Notes under the pieces: generated by a model
Databases searched by the model: none
Told to the model about the DNA's origin: nothing
Seen by the model: the letters and a program-made list of their open reading frames with translations, nothing else
Part shown: positions 13,125-27,224 of the stretch, one piece after another
Numbering within the stretch: position 1 is the stretch's first letter
How the letters are laid out: each line of letters starts with the position of its first letter
Position numbers and translations under genes: made by a program
Assembly (NCBI GenBank): GCA_000320545.1
Contig: ADNK01001163.1
Location: 1-64,000 of the forward strand
Origin: Bigelowiella natans CCMP2755
Taxonomy: Eukaryota; Protista; Cercozoa
Direction: 5' to 3'
DNA: 64,000 bases

Positions 13125-15179
13125 ACCGAAAAGTGACATCACACATTCAACAATCCATCTCCTGAGTTGAATGTCGAAGTGTCGATCGACAGCTGAAAGC
13201 ATGGTTTCTCACACTCTCTAGCTCTGTCCACTGCACTCGCAGCTCATTTGGCAAACCCATGACAAGGAGCGCACTGTCTAGACTGTCTTCATTGTTGTTG
13301 CTCCTCGCTGTCGCCGCAAATGTGATTCTGAGCCATTGCCATCAACGTGCATCACATGTCAATTGACACGCGCGCTAGCTAGCTAGCGTGTGCTAGCGCA
13401 TGCGCATGTTGTGGAGACACAAAGTCCATGTGCGTGCGCATGCATTCGCATGCGTGCGTGTGCAACAGATGCAGTCACATTGGCACACGTCTGCGTCTCA
13501 GCATGATTGGATGAGTTGCACTGCTAGACTGCACACAAACCCGCCAAGTCCAAAAATTTCAGCGAAATGACAGACGTGCTAGCTAGCTGCGACGTGCACC
13601 AGTGCAGCGTGCAGCGCTCACACTTGCGTTTGCATGCAAATCAAAATTGTGACCAATTTGCATGCAACAAAATTGGCAAATTCCATTTTTGCACAAGCAG
13701 ACACCGATTTGGAGCAAAACCGACAGCATGGAAACCGATTTTGCAATGTCAAAAAACCGATTTTGCTTGCACAGCGATTTTGCGGGGAAGTCACATGCCA
13801 GCATGCTCATTGACAGCCGTGCACGTGCACAGTTGGAGCCAGAGACGTGATGAGTCCGCACGTGCATGGACACACGCACAGCACTGGAGCACCAGAGTGG
13901 TGTGTGATGCACGAATCGAACGTGTCAATTTTCGATTCAATCTGGCAATGCTGGCCACTGGGCCAGCTAGCTAGCTGGCAATCCGCCATGCCAGCCAGCA
14001 TCGCTTGCATGGTCATCCCTGCATTCTGATGTGTTGTTGCAAGTCACAAAGTTGTGCATGGCTCCAGAGCTGCGACTGAGCAGCGCTCAAGTTGCACACG
14101 TTGGTTCTGGGGTTTCCAGGTTTCTGTGATCATTCATTGGTTGTCAGCACCAGAGCATTGATGTGTTGATGTGTGTGCCAGCATGCATGATTCCAGGATT
14201 GTGAAAGTGTCATCGCATCTTCTGGTGTTGTCGCCACCAGCTGGGTGCGAGCGGCGAGCAGCCATTCCAGTCACACGGCTGTGCTAGCTGTGACACGTGC
14301 AGACTTCACTGGTTCATGGCTCTGTGCGTTGCTAGCGTGTGCACTGTTTTGGCACACACGTTGTCGCGCTCACTCTGGAGTGCACATCGCCCTCGTCAGC
14401 GGCGTGTGCCAATGGGGATGTGTCATGTGCCGAGCGCGCATTTGCTCTCAGCTGACGAGTTGAGAGACGTGGCCCTGCCGACAGGAGGTTCCCGTGCTTG
14501 CTGTGCCTTTGCACCGGGCCTGTCGAGACAGCAATCCACGATTTTGTCGTCCTGCGCTGAATCGGGCATTGGGGTGCACGCATGCATCGCTGCTGCGTCA
14601 ACAAGAGGCGGTTGAACGTGGCTCATGAAAGCGTTGATGAAACTTGAACTGTTGTTTGCAGTTGTGGTGTTTGAGTTGTGTTGTCTTTTGAGTTGTTGTT
14701 TGCATGCAAGCAGGCTCAAGTTGCGCGTGCGGCTCCGAGAAAGCTTTCACTTGCAATGCAATCATGCGTTGTTTTCACTGTGCGTCGTTCCGACGCCTTT
14801 GTCGTGCTGCACGAACGCTGTGATGTGCAGAACGTTCTGTGACAGTTCCTGGACTTGTCCAAGAACGCGGCCAGTCCAAGGAAGAACGAAAGAACTTTCC
14901 CATGACACAAGAACTCTCGCTGCGCGTTCTCAGACTGTTCCGCATGCGACGCAGCGCGTCGCCATGGGACGACTCAGGACGCTGCGTTGTCGCGAGTCGC
15001 ACACAAGGTGGGACGCTGTGGCGTGCAGAGTGAGCGCCACAACGTGCAGTGCATGAGTTGTTTCGCCAAAAGCGGGGTTTGTGCATGTGCAGAAATGAAT
15101 CGAAAGACCATGCTGGCACACGTGTGCAAAGTCAAGACACACACACATGCGAAGACATTGGCGTGGTGAAGAAAGAATG
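13125..15179. other. TpA-erased island (core)
   Basis: Manual count: 13 TA in about 2055 bp, all 13 within CTAG; none at all from about 14335 to 15179. Confidence 0.9.
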
Positions 15180-15629
15180 TAGACAAAGCGCAGAGTTAAC
15201 GATCAATTAATTGACCCTGTCCATTTCATTGGTGAATTGCATGTTGGAGTTCATGTTCTCACGATTGGCACATGCGTGTTTGTGCGCGCATGCACACGTA
15301 CATGCACATAGACTTTGTTTCTCTATGCTTGTATGTAGCATAACACAAATAATGAGCGCACACACGCAGCACTAGCAGCTACGCTAGAGAATGCTGCACG
15401 CGTGCACACGCTAGTACGCATCAGCATGCTAGCATGTCTAGACGGAGCCACGGATAACGCATGATTGCGTATTTTTGCACAATTAATAGGCACCAATGTT
15501 TTTGTGTTCTAGAATTGTGCATTATGGCAGCATGCTGTGCAACGGATTTTGTCGCGTTGTTCATCGAAAACTTATATGTGGCATGAATTACTTGTACATT
15601 TTACTACTATGTGTGTCGCGTGTGTGTTT

Positions 15630-15674
<45 letters not shown>

Positions 15675-16009
15675 GGAATTTCGTCCGTGTTGCTAGATCA
15701 TCATGCTGCTTGTGTCCCCCGATCTTGAGCAGCCGCAGCAGCAACATCGCACAGCAACTGTCTAAACTTATAAAACGCTCATAATCTTATAAAAATCACT
15801 TCAGTTTGGAGCATCTGCAATATGGACATGATTACGACAGCAGCGACGTATTAATTGTCGCTCATTGGTCATTGTATACTTCCTCCTCAGTAGGGGGACA
15901 TCACCACGTCCGCTTGTAGTACATTTAGTAGTGCTACAGCGGTAGCAATAGCAGAATGCGTACAGCTTGTAGTATATTCACCGTGTCAGCTACTTCATCA
16001 TTTCTGGAT

Positions 16010-16582
16010 CTAATTCTGGAATCCATATAGAGTCTTCCCTTGTTTTTTCAAGGCTTGAACTACATCCATCGCAGTAACAGTTTTCCTCTTAGAGTACTCC
16101 GTGTATGTTATGGTGTCACGCATGACTTTTGTTAAAAACTCCTTAAGCATTTCCCGCGTGTTCTCGTATACCAACCTGCTTATTCTCTTCACCCCCCCTC
16201 GACGTGCCAAGCGTCGAATTGCTGGATTCGTAATGCCATCAAGGTTATCCCTCAATACTTTCCTTAGACGTTTCGTTGATGCCTTTCCTTGTGTCGTTTG
16301 TCCTTTTCCAGCCGCGCTGCTTTTCCCACTTTGCAGTGCAGCCGATTTCCCTGCTCCCATGCTCTTTCCCGCCATCGTAGATTTACCCCCTGTATCCATT
16401 CCAAGCAAAGGATTATGATCTCCAAATTGAGACTCTCCATTTCCCATATGAGTTATGGCCAAGTTGAGAACCAGTAACAGAACAGCTATTGCGACAACGC
16501 GAATTCCCCCCCTCCCAACCACATCCAAAACCCCTCTCCGCTGTCGTGCTAGATTTTGCTTCAACAATCTTTGATACTGCAT
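16010..16582 (-). CDS. H4: Divergent histone H4 with a long N-terminal extension (hydrophobic leader plus extended GK-repeat tail)
   Basis: Core [29 protein letters not shown]...[24 protein letters not shown] is clearly H4. The intronless ORF extends upstream in frame to the ATG at 16582; alternative starts at the downstream Met codons (MDTGG, MAGKS) are possible. Confidence 0.9.
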   Translation of the reverse strand: MQYQRLLKQNLARQRRGVLDVVGRGGIRVVAIAVLLLVLNLAITHMGNGESQFGDHNPLLGMDTGGKSTMAGKSMGAGKSAALQSGKSSAAGKGQTTQGKASTKRLRKVLRDNLDGITNPAIRRLARRGGVKRISRLVYENTREMLKEFLTKVMRDTITYTEYSKRKTVTAMDVVQALKKQGKTLYGFQN

Positions 16583-16943
16583 TGATGAATCAAAATTGTA
16601 AAACTAATCTGCTTTAAAACGGAAGTGAACCAAGCTTAGGGGGGTACGATCTATGATTTTCCCCGCCGTCCTGATTTGGGTGGCGGATTGTAATTGGATG
16701 TGGATATACAGTCTTTTTTTTGGATGCGACAATGGATTTTGAAGAGATTATTAAGATCTTACTTAATATTATTTTTAAGACTCTTCTACCTAACTTACGG
16801 TTTGTTGAATTGGTCGCTCATCCTCCTCGTTTCATCGGTTGCACCCTCAGTGTTTTGTTGGTCGTAGAGGATTCAGGTAATAATAAGAGGATAACTTACA
16901 GCCTCCTCCTCCTCCTCCTCTTCCACATGATACGCTATAATGT

Positions 16944-16975
<32 letters not shown>

Positions 16976-17319
16976 TGTCTGTCTAATGATGACCATAATG
17001 ATGGCGATAACCAGTATCACACCAAAAAATTGCAACTCCCTCCTCCACTTCGAATTTTTCTTGCTTGTTCTATTAGTAGTCAGTAGAGTAATAAGTTGAG
17101 CACTGTGTCGTCGCTACATGTTCGCAGCAGGAGATACAATGAACGAGCGACACATTCGCCATCATCATCAGCAACGTTCCTCTTTCTATCTGCCTGGCTG
17201 TCACCAGGGGTAGTGGCACAACAGCTTCTAATCCCAACTACATATATTTTCGGCAATAGCGGAGTTATTACCTCAGTGCGCTATCATTATCATCAATCGG
17301 CACTAGATTGTCTACCATC

Positions 17320-19723
17320 ATGCCGAATAATGCCACATCATCAGCAAAGTTCCCGATAAAAACTTTGCAACCGAAGAACGTAGTGCTTGGTGTGGTCGAA
17401 CACGCTCCGTCGTTTTCTGCAAAATCACAGCTGTCGTCAACGCCTTTGTTATCTGCGGCCAAATCATCACCACAAGACAAATCGGTCAGTATTAAGTCAT
17501 TGAAGTGCTCTTTGATACCCCCCCCCCCTCCTCTTTCTTCAAAAACCAAAGGGGCCGCAACCAAGTCAGCCCCTTCTTCTAAGAGGGTGAAGAGACGACT
17601 CAAACCGTCTACTACTTCAAATTTTCATAGCAGCGGCTATTCCTCACAAAACTCTCGCCAGATGAATAGACGAGAGCTATCGACTGGCATATTGTTACCG
17701 AAGAAGAAAGCTGCGCCGTCCCTAGCGCGTAATAGACTTCAGAGAAGTCCCAGCAATGAATTCAAATCTAAACCTCGGGTATCATCATTGCGTAATTCAC
17801 ATAAATCTCAGGGATTTAACTTCCGAAATCCCCACCCGCCTTATGATCGACATGCTAGCATGGTGGATGAAGTCAACGACAGAGATGATCATACCAGTGC
17901 AAACTACCACTCTTCAAGACCCGATGCATTACTACCACACACCGAAGCTGATGAAGCAGCAGCAGTAGCAGCAACACACCTTTTTAGAGAATCCAAGGCG
18001 TCATCTTCGATGGCAACGACAACGATTAGAGTGGCCTCCTCTCCCATAATCATCCCCGGCTTGAAAAGTGAAGATGATTTATCTACCTCATTTGTCACTG
18101 TAGGTAGAAGAAGCAGTAGTAGTAGTAGCAGTACACCTGAAATAGGTAACAAAACACTTGGCTCTAGATGCTATACACTTGATGAATCTGAAGGCAGTTG
18201 GAGAGCTGTGATCCGACATTGTCGGGAGGATTCTATTGTAGACGATGAGGAGACAAGCAAATCTTTATGTAAGATGATGCCATCACACCACCACCTCCAA
18301 GAGCAAGACTCTTCTTCCTCAGCAGTAATTCAGGGAGCAGAAGTGAATACGGAGATAGAAAGAAAAACAGAACAAGAGAAAAGGGAAGGAAAGGAAGAAG
18401 TTGCACTTAATAGAAATGAGATTCCTTCTCTCAATAACTGGAAGAAAGTTCAGATAAGGCAAAAAGCTGCATTAAAACAAGAGAGGGAGGAGAATGGAAT
18501 TTTTAATGATGATATCCACCGTTCGATGTCGGCAAGAATATCGTCTACCGGTTACAGTAATGTCCACCAACCCATGTCGGCAAGAATGCGGTCTACCGGT
18601 TACAGAGCACCAGCAACTGACTCGAAAAAGACGAACAACAACAAGAAGAAGAAGAAGAAGCTGTCAACGCGTAAATTTACTTCATTCTCAGCAAGAAAAA
18701 GCAGCAAGCCAATCCCCGTTATCAGACGACCACCCCATCATCGATACCAAGGAGTTACTAAATATAATTCATCAACCAGTCTACATACGAAGAAGAAGAA
18801 GAAGAAGAAAAAGAAAGAACGTTCTATGTACCCAACTCGGATGCTACTTTTCGGCTCTAAAACAGTTGTAAATACCCCCAAACCGAGCTCGACTTGTGTC
18901 ATTCCGATGAGGAAGTCTGCCTTACGAAATCCTCGATTACAGGTTGTAGCATATGACAAGATGGATTGCTTGATGATGATGATGATGACGATGTTTGCAT
19001 TGATGATTAAGCATGGTATTTATGTTGGAGCTATGTTGCATGAAGCACAATTCAACAATTGTTGACCCAATTTATCGAGCACAGGATTGGCAGAAAATAC
19101 ACAAAAAAATGTGTGTGTGTGTGTGTGTGTGTGCCAGCAGTCGATTATCATCATCATCATCATTATCATTATCATCATCACCATTCTATCATTATAAATT
19201 ACATAGACTGGGTCTGAGGATGGCCACCATCACCAACAAAACCACCCTGATTATCGTGCAACGACAAGATCGAGTCACAGTATCAAGAAGAAAACGATAG
19301 TTGCTCTACCCCCTAAAGAGCAACATAATAATGATGATGATGATGATGATTTCCTTGGTTCTCTTTCCACAAGTCCTCTTCCCCACTCTGATGCTAACAC
19401 CACTAATAGTAGTATGATGTTGCCGACGAAGAAGAAGGAGAAGGAGAACAAGAGGAATAATCAGCATTCTAAAGAGATACTACGTGTGGACATTCGTTGG
19501 CAGCCTGCTTCTTGTGGTGGTGGTGGTGCTCAAGACAATAGTAATTTTCCTCCTTCTCCGATTGTAGTAGCTTCTGCTGGTGTTACTGGTACTTCTGCAT
19601 CTATATCCTCGCCGTCTTCGTCGTGTCATCCGTCCCCACAAAGAAGAGGGTTCACCAGATCTTTTCAACCCAAGCTCAGGCTTTCGCCTTTACAATCTTA
19701 CCTGCTCCTTCAGAAAACGAGAA

Positions 19724-19758
<35 letters not shown>

Positions 19759-22437
19759 AAGCAAAAGGAGAATCATTTGAATAAAATGGTAACGTCCAGA
19801 AGCACACTTGTTGCAAAAAGAACATCCGAAGAAGGATCTGAGTCGGCCGTTTCACCACCTATATCTACTACACCTTCAAAGCAGCCTTCAGCAGTCATTC
19901 AGACCAGTGTTATTCCAAAAGATGATCAAGAAGATGATGGTAGTGCTCACACAAGGAGAGCAAGGAATCATCGGTTATGGCCAATATCAAGTGAGCATAG
20001 TGCTTCTCCTAGCGTAGTTGTAGGAGGTGGTAGTAGTGGCAGCAGCATAGATCAAGATATTACTCCTCCTGATGCTGCTGCTCATTCTTTATCCTCTGCC
20101 CAAGTACCAGCAGCAGCAAGATCGACATCCTCGTCATCACCATTGCCATTACCAAAACAAATACAAAATCCCAATGAAGACATCACCAACACTTCTGTTA
20201 CCACTACGTTAGACTTAATGAAGAAGATGAAAAATTCTGCGACGATGAAGAAGACCGCTTCTTCGTCATCTTCTTCAAAGCCCAAAATAGAGAGCAGTAC
20301 AGGAAAGAACAGTTCAATGTCATCAAAACCATCAGACAATAATGATACAGCAGTAGCACCAGCAGTAGAAACGATGGTAGGAAAAGAAAAAGAAGAAAAA
20401 GAAAAGAAAAAACAATTGAGGCGGAGCGAAAAAGAATGTCATTACTATTCGAGCAATGATTGCACTACCTCCCTCACTGTAAATACTACCTCCTATGAGA
20501 ATGGTAATGATGACGCTATATATCAACATAATAAATCAATTTTGAAAAAGGCGGGTTCTTCTGATGACTCTGCTACTACAAGTAGCGGGGTTGGCGAGGT
20601 GGCAGCACAACAACTGCTTGTATCATCTATGGCAGAAATGGATCATTTTCAAACCTACTCCTCCCCCTCACCGATGAAACATCTCTCATCAGTAAAAGTT
20701 GTTTCTAAAGTAAATGACTATGATTCTCAAAGTAATGATCACATAAATGATGTCTTGAAAGAAGATAGTGAAGATAAGTCATCAGGTAACACCGTACTAC
20801 TAGGGAAAAATAGAATCCTTACGGAAGAAGTAGTAAAGAGAGATGATGATGATGATCATCCAATAGCTGCTGCTTCTTCGATAAAGAAGAACCATATATT
20901 GCGTGTTCCTGATTCCTTATCATCGCCACCATCATCGTCATCATCACCATCATCATTATCATCGAAGCAACAACGTCCAAATGAGGAAATTGCTTGCTCA
21001 TTACCACAAACGATGATGATACTATCAAACGCACTCGTTCTTGAAATCATATCGAGCATACGCAATACATCGAAGCATGAAGTACGATGTCTGAGCATGG
21101 AAGGATGTTTGGAGGAGTTTCAAAGGGTTACTCAATGGGCATATGCTTTTATAGTCGATCGAATGACACCAAAAGAGGCTGCCACCTTCAGAATGGATCT
21201 TCGCAAAATCGGCATATCCTCTTTAACAACAGCACCACCAGCAGCAGGTCCAATGATAAGAAGAAGACGAAGAGCTCGAAGAACCGGTGGTGGTGGTGGT
21301 GGTGGTGATGATCATCACAATGATAGGAAAACCATAAGTAGCAGCAGCAAATGTCATCTACAAGTTGCAATGCTAATACAAAAACAGGCGCACTTCACCT
21401 CTAATGATCAAATGCGGTGGTGTAAGCAGCAGCAGCAGCAGCAGCAGCAGCAAAACGATGACGACTACTTCCTTGAAGAACAACAGATTATGGAGGATTG
21501 GCAGAAAATTAAAGATGCTTTAAAAAAGAATAATAGCAAGGGGGAAATAATGAACCATGGTTCTCTTCCTTCTCCAACTAGCAGTGCTGCTGGTACTGCT
21601 GAAAAGAATGTGATATCATCAAAAAGCAATACTCGCCAAGAGACAGCAGCAGGTCAAATAAACTCAAAGTTGTCAGCTGCCGTAGTATCATCCAAATCTC
21701 CATCTTCACCACCTGCAGTAGTGAATCTAGAATTTGAAGAAGCTTTAAGTAAAGAGCTCAGAATTCCTCGTCATATCACTCAAATACAACAGCAACAACA
21801 TTTAAAGGAAGAAGAGGAGAAAAGGTAACAGTATGAATGTAAGAATCAACCAATCAATATCTATTTGGTACTACTACTACTACCACTACTACTACTACTA
21901 TCACTACACTACTACGTATGATAAATTTAAGTGTTATCGCTATTATTATAAGGAATGGCCCTTCACAGCCTCCTCTTCCTTTGGGGGTTATTATCATCTA
22001 ATGAGGATTTTGTTTTTGATGATATGCTTCAAACATGGTATTACAATAATCTCAGAACGAATGCCTTAGAACAGCAAGGACATCGGGGATTCTATGATGG
22101 AAAGATAAGTGATAGCGACAAGAGGATCAAAGATAATGAAGCTTCACTGGCGCGGAAATTACCGTTCAATCTTAAAGAAAAAATTACAGAACTTGAAAGA
22201 ATGTCGTTGCCACCGGACTATCATCACAATCATCGTCATCCTCATACTGAGCGTACAAATGTCAAAAAATATTTTGATGGTTTTCCTTCTTTTTCTTCTA
22301 CTACTTCTACTACACCTACTACTTTTAAGGCTGGACCGAAGGTTGTTTACACCACCACCACTTCTGCAGCAGCAACGGCTAGATCATCGTCATCATCTTT
22401 CTCCAATTTGAAGCTGGTATCCTCGTTAGCAGCCCTG

Positions 22438-22468
<31 letters not shown>

Positions 22469-22559
22469 TTGATACGTCACGTTCTAATGCATCATCATCT
22501 GCAGTGGGAGGGGGGAGAATTTCGGGTGAAACAAGTGCTCTAACGACGGCAAGAGAAGA

Positions 22560-22590
<31 letters not shown>

Positions 22591-23874
22591 GGTCCTTCTG
22601 CTCGTCTTGATAGTAACGACAGTAATGAAAGCACTAGTGCCATCTCTTCTTCTGAGAAAAATAAAATCTATGCCAAGGGAATAAGCACAGATACCATAGC
22701 TTCTATTGGAGCTGCTACTAGTAGCAATACTGGTAGTTCTGCTGCTAATTATGGCCACCATAAGAGTACTACAACAACAAGCACCACCCAGAATACCAAA
22801 CTAGAAGATGATCATCATCATCCGCAAGAAGAAGAAGCAGCAGTAGCAGCGGCGGCACTAAATGAGGCATTTAAGGGCCTTTCTGTAGAGCAAGCGCAGT
22901 TGCTCCTCAACGAGGCTATAATAGGTGCTGGTGGTGGTGATGGACAACAGCACACGACGACGGCAATTCCTCCGTTGTTGTTTTCAATCATCCAGACACC
23001 AGCTGCTACCGCAACAATAGCAACAACAAGAAGAAAAGAAGTGGGGGAAGCTGCTGCTTCTTCTTCTTCTTCTCGACGTCCATTACATCCGTCTGATAGG
23101 GATTATGTGCAACAAGCTCATCTCAAACGGTTAAGACGGCATCGTCGTGAAGAGCAAGAGGGTGTAAGATCTGCTCGGATTCCTCATATTCAAACTAGAC
23201 GAAGAAACTCCAGTAGGGATCACGGATCACATTTCACTCGAGAAATTAAAGATATAGCTTCTCTCAAAGCTCTGGCTCAGTTTTCACCTCAAAATGTAAC
23301 AAAAACTATGTCGGCGAGAAGAGCCAGACCCGTAGATGTAAAGCAGAAAGAGCGTTATAAACCAGTAGCTTCAAGTCACCTTTCTTTTCTCTCTGCACCA
23401 ACTTCTGCTAGATTTCACCGCCGGCCTTTCGACAATAATAGCGGCCATAGTAGAAATACTACTCGTAATCCATGGCTACAACACCCAATTGCATCAATAA
23501 AGTATTCCAAACTGCGCCAGCTCAAAGATAAATGGAAGGGAACTTTTCGGAAGGGAAAACACAAAATTCATCTCAGTGAATTTCAGCAGTCACTTCAAGT
23601 AATGGACATTCATATTCCCATGAGTTGTGTTTGTGAGCTTTGGAGGGCTACTGGAACAGCAGACCAAAGAGGCACCATTAAATTGACGACACTTGAACAA
23701 AAGCTAAACGGACTCCTTGCATATAAAAAACGGACATCATCCTCTCTTGGGGCCCATACCGAAAGTCAAATCGACAAGAATTCTCAGCAATCACCATCAA
23801 TACAAGCGTTGGCATTTTCGTTGTCGAAGCATCTCATCGGACAAGGTCAAAACTTTGATATTCTCGCTGAATGA
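17320..23874 (+). CDS. Very large low-complexity (S/T/K/Q-rich) multi-exon protein with a possible C-terminal EF-hand-like pair
   Basis: Consecutive long + ORFs (17308-19065, 19414-21828, 21955-23874) separated by microsatellite-containing introns. GKHKIHLSEFQQSL...TADQRGTIKLTTL resembles degenerate EF-hands. Confidence 0.55.
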
Positions 23875-23899
23875 TCAATCAACACTAAACCTATAATGA

Positions 23900-25000
23900 T
23901 GAACTTGGGAGAAGCAGTTCTGCGTTGTGTGTTGCCCGTACATGCGTAAAATTGTGCGCCAGATAAGAAGTAGTCAGCAAGATCAATTGCGCATATGTAA
24001 CTGATCCTTGTATGCAATGCGTAAGCATGTTGACCTGTGCAATGCTAGCGTGTCAAGCAAAATTCATGCGTACGTTACATGCGTTCGTTTGCACGATGTT
24101 GCAAATTTTTGTTCGCATCGATCGTGCTGCGACGATGCATGGTGGCATGGGACGGATGCTTCATTGAAGCGGTTGAACATCTTCAATTTTCATCCTGCTT
24201 GTGCAGCGTTCTAGCGTTGTGCAATGCCTCAGCTGCAACGCCTGTTGTGTCATGTCCACTTGTTTATTCAACAATTGTAATGCATGTCTTTCGATCTCGC
24301 GACAAGCTTTCCGACGAATCGCTCACCAACAAATCTAAAAAATCTGAAACCCACATAGCAGCTAGTTGTCAAATGAAAATTTTGTCGCGCTGCATGCTAG
24401 ACGTCGCACTGGCAGCAGCAGGCGCGGCGGCTTCATTGTTGAATGCCTCATACGTGCGCGCGCGCCATCGAACAGATGGAAGCGCTTGCTAAAACCGCGG
24501 CATTGCTATTGCGCAAACTGATCAATTGAAATATCACTGCTCGCTCACTTTGCGACGAAGGACATCACCAGAGCTTGCATGCACGTGCAAACATCGACGT
24601 CATCTGCGTCTTATGCGATGCTCGTTGCCCTAGATTGTGCTTAGTGCAGTGCGCACAAGGCTACATCTAGCTTAGTTGACAGTCAGCAAGTCATGCAACA
24701 ATATTTCGCACCAACAAGCTAAGCCGACTATTTCATCATGGCGAGAAATGACAGTAGTTTCTACGATACGCAATGCACATTGCTAGAATTAGAACGCAGC
24801 AGCGCGCATGTGCGCACACCGCTGCTGAGTATGATGTGGTATCGAATTCCGACACGATGCTACGTGCAGCAGCGTTGTTTAACATGCGAAGGAGCAGCAG
24901 AGCAACGTCGAATGTCACAATTGATACATGCCAATGAGCATGGCCATTGACCCATCCAGGTCCCTGCTAGCCTGAATCATGTAGCAGCAGGCAACTTAGC
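23900..25000. other. Partially TpA-depleted intergenic island
   Basis: Rich in TGCA, CATG and CTAG with reduced TA; less extreme than the other islands. Confidence 0.55.
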
Positions 25001-25299
25001 TTGGTGTCTATCTAGCAGATGCAGTCACATTAATTTTCTTTGTTTGCTACTACACCATGCTTATTGAATATTTGGGCGCGGGTCGGCTACGCGAGAGGCC
25101 CAATGACATACACGTACAGCCTTGCTAACAGTGTTGATAAAGTAATCTAAAATAAATTCGTGCAAACCTAGCCAAGTAGCAAAGTGACATGCAATGACAC
25201 CAGAGAAGTGTTTTATGAAAAAGAACATCAACATGCACCACACTACTACTGTGTTCTACTACAACTATATATGAATACTGAGAGTGTTTCTAAGAGATC

Positions 25300-25353
25300 G
25301 GAGCAAATGCTGCATGACAATGAACTTATTATTATGTCTTTTGAATGACTATC

Positions 25354-25390
<37 letters not shown>

Positions 25391-25802
25391 AGTAGCACTC
25401 CCTTCTGTCCTCTTCTTTTCTTTCTATACCTCATCATGTAGAGATTTTATCGAAAATAGAGACTTGAGTGGGAGAAGCTTGTTTGGATCCAACACGCTTG
25501 GCGTAAAGTCTAGATGGCAATTCCAGATGTGGATCCTAACCAGTCATTCATTAATTATAGATTCTTAATCATCGCAGCACAACTGATGTAGAATATTCTA
25601 CAGAGGATGATCAAGATCTTTATGCAAATCATTATTTGACTTCCTTACTTTTGTTTCGCTTTACTACCTCTTTGTGACAAATAACGATGGGTTTTCCGCC
25701 CTTTCGATGGTGAAGAAATGATTTGGTTTGATCATTTTCCAATGCTTTAAACTTGCTCACTTTCTGCAAAATATGTATATGATTGAATACCATGGTGATG
25801 AC

Positions 25803-25833
<31 letters not shown>

Positions 25834-27130
25834 GTATTGTGATGATAGTGATATCAACAGCCTAAACAAGTTGACCTAATGGCAATGATGACTGAGACTG
25901 AGAATGTCGATACGGATGATGACATTTCATCACTTTTTGAGGGTAAGAATATTTGTTCTGACAACGACACTAACACGCCCCTCCCCGCTCTCGCTTTCTC
26001 TCGCGCAAGCTCTCTAATGTACACACTTTAGGAGAAGAATTTGGCAGTAGAAGATTCTTCTTATTAATTGTAAATTTTGAGCTTTGAATCTTCAAAGACA
26101 TCGGAGACAGTGGTGGTTCCTCCTCCTCCTGCTTCTGCGAGATGGGATACATAAACAAGAAGAAGACAACAGGATATATAAGAGTAATCAATTTGATGAT
26201 CATGGTACCTATATCAGCAAGATGCATCATCATCATCATCATCATCATCTGCTGCTGCTACTGCTGCTACTACTACTGCCGCACTATTCATCTTAATGTC
26301 AATTATACTTAAAGGAAAGGTAGTAGTTATAGTAGTGGTTGTAGTAGTAGTAGTAGCAATAGTAGTACCGTGATGATATCCTCGTCGTCCTCCTTCTCTC
26401 CCTTCTCGTCTCCATGCAACTTATCGATGCTGTCACTCGAATGATTACTAATCAGCAATTTTTGCTTACTTTCGCCATGTTTTCCCTCTTTTGTAAAATT
26501 CACGCAAACACAAACACACACACCATAGAGAGATAGAGATACAAATTTAGCCTGTCAATAAATAAAATAGCGGAATTACAAATGTCGGACCTTGTCTAAG
26601 TGAGAAGGTATGACGAGAAAAGAAATGTGTGCTCCTTCCTCCAAATGAAGTTGGCGATGATTTCACGATTGGAGACGATGCATTTCCTTAGTCAAGTAAA
26701 TTAAAAAAAAAAACTTGTGATTAAATCTGTTGAAAATATGACTAGCTTAATTTGCGTGTCACCAGCACCGTTGAATATTACTTATCATCATGATCCTATC
26801 TATCTTTGTTACCAGCTCGTACATTCTTTCTTTTACCCTGCTCAGCAATTTTTCTTTCGATCTATATCATTACAGCAGCAAAAATACATAAATAAATAGC
26901 TCGCAAACTGAGCACCATTCTGTATAGAATCAACGTGATATGCAGAACTGTAGTTCATAATTTTACACATTCAGGGACAATCAATAATGACCGACCGCTG
27001 AGAGTCTAGTACTTTTCATTTGATACACAGATGATCGCTTGTAGAACCGAACCTAAGAAAGGAGGAGGAGGAGGAGGAGGAGGAGGAGGAGGAGGGATTT
27101 TCAGCAATTAGAACACACCAACAGAACCGT

Positions 27131-27224
<94 letters not shown>

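Noticed and set aside
13125-15179. CpG-methylation decay or fungal RIP as the cause of the TG/CA excess
   Set aside because: CpG is abundant and TpA is lost rather than gained; aligned repeat copies differ as TA versus TG/CA.
13567-15186. Many overlapping C/H/M/A-rich ORFs in all six frames (also 42300-44050, 50028-51600 and 58967-60876)
   Set aside because: Artefact of TpA loss, which removes TAA/TAG stops and creates ATG/TGC/CAC codons; no recognisable domains.
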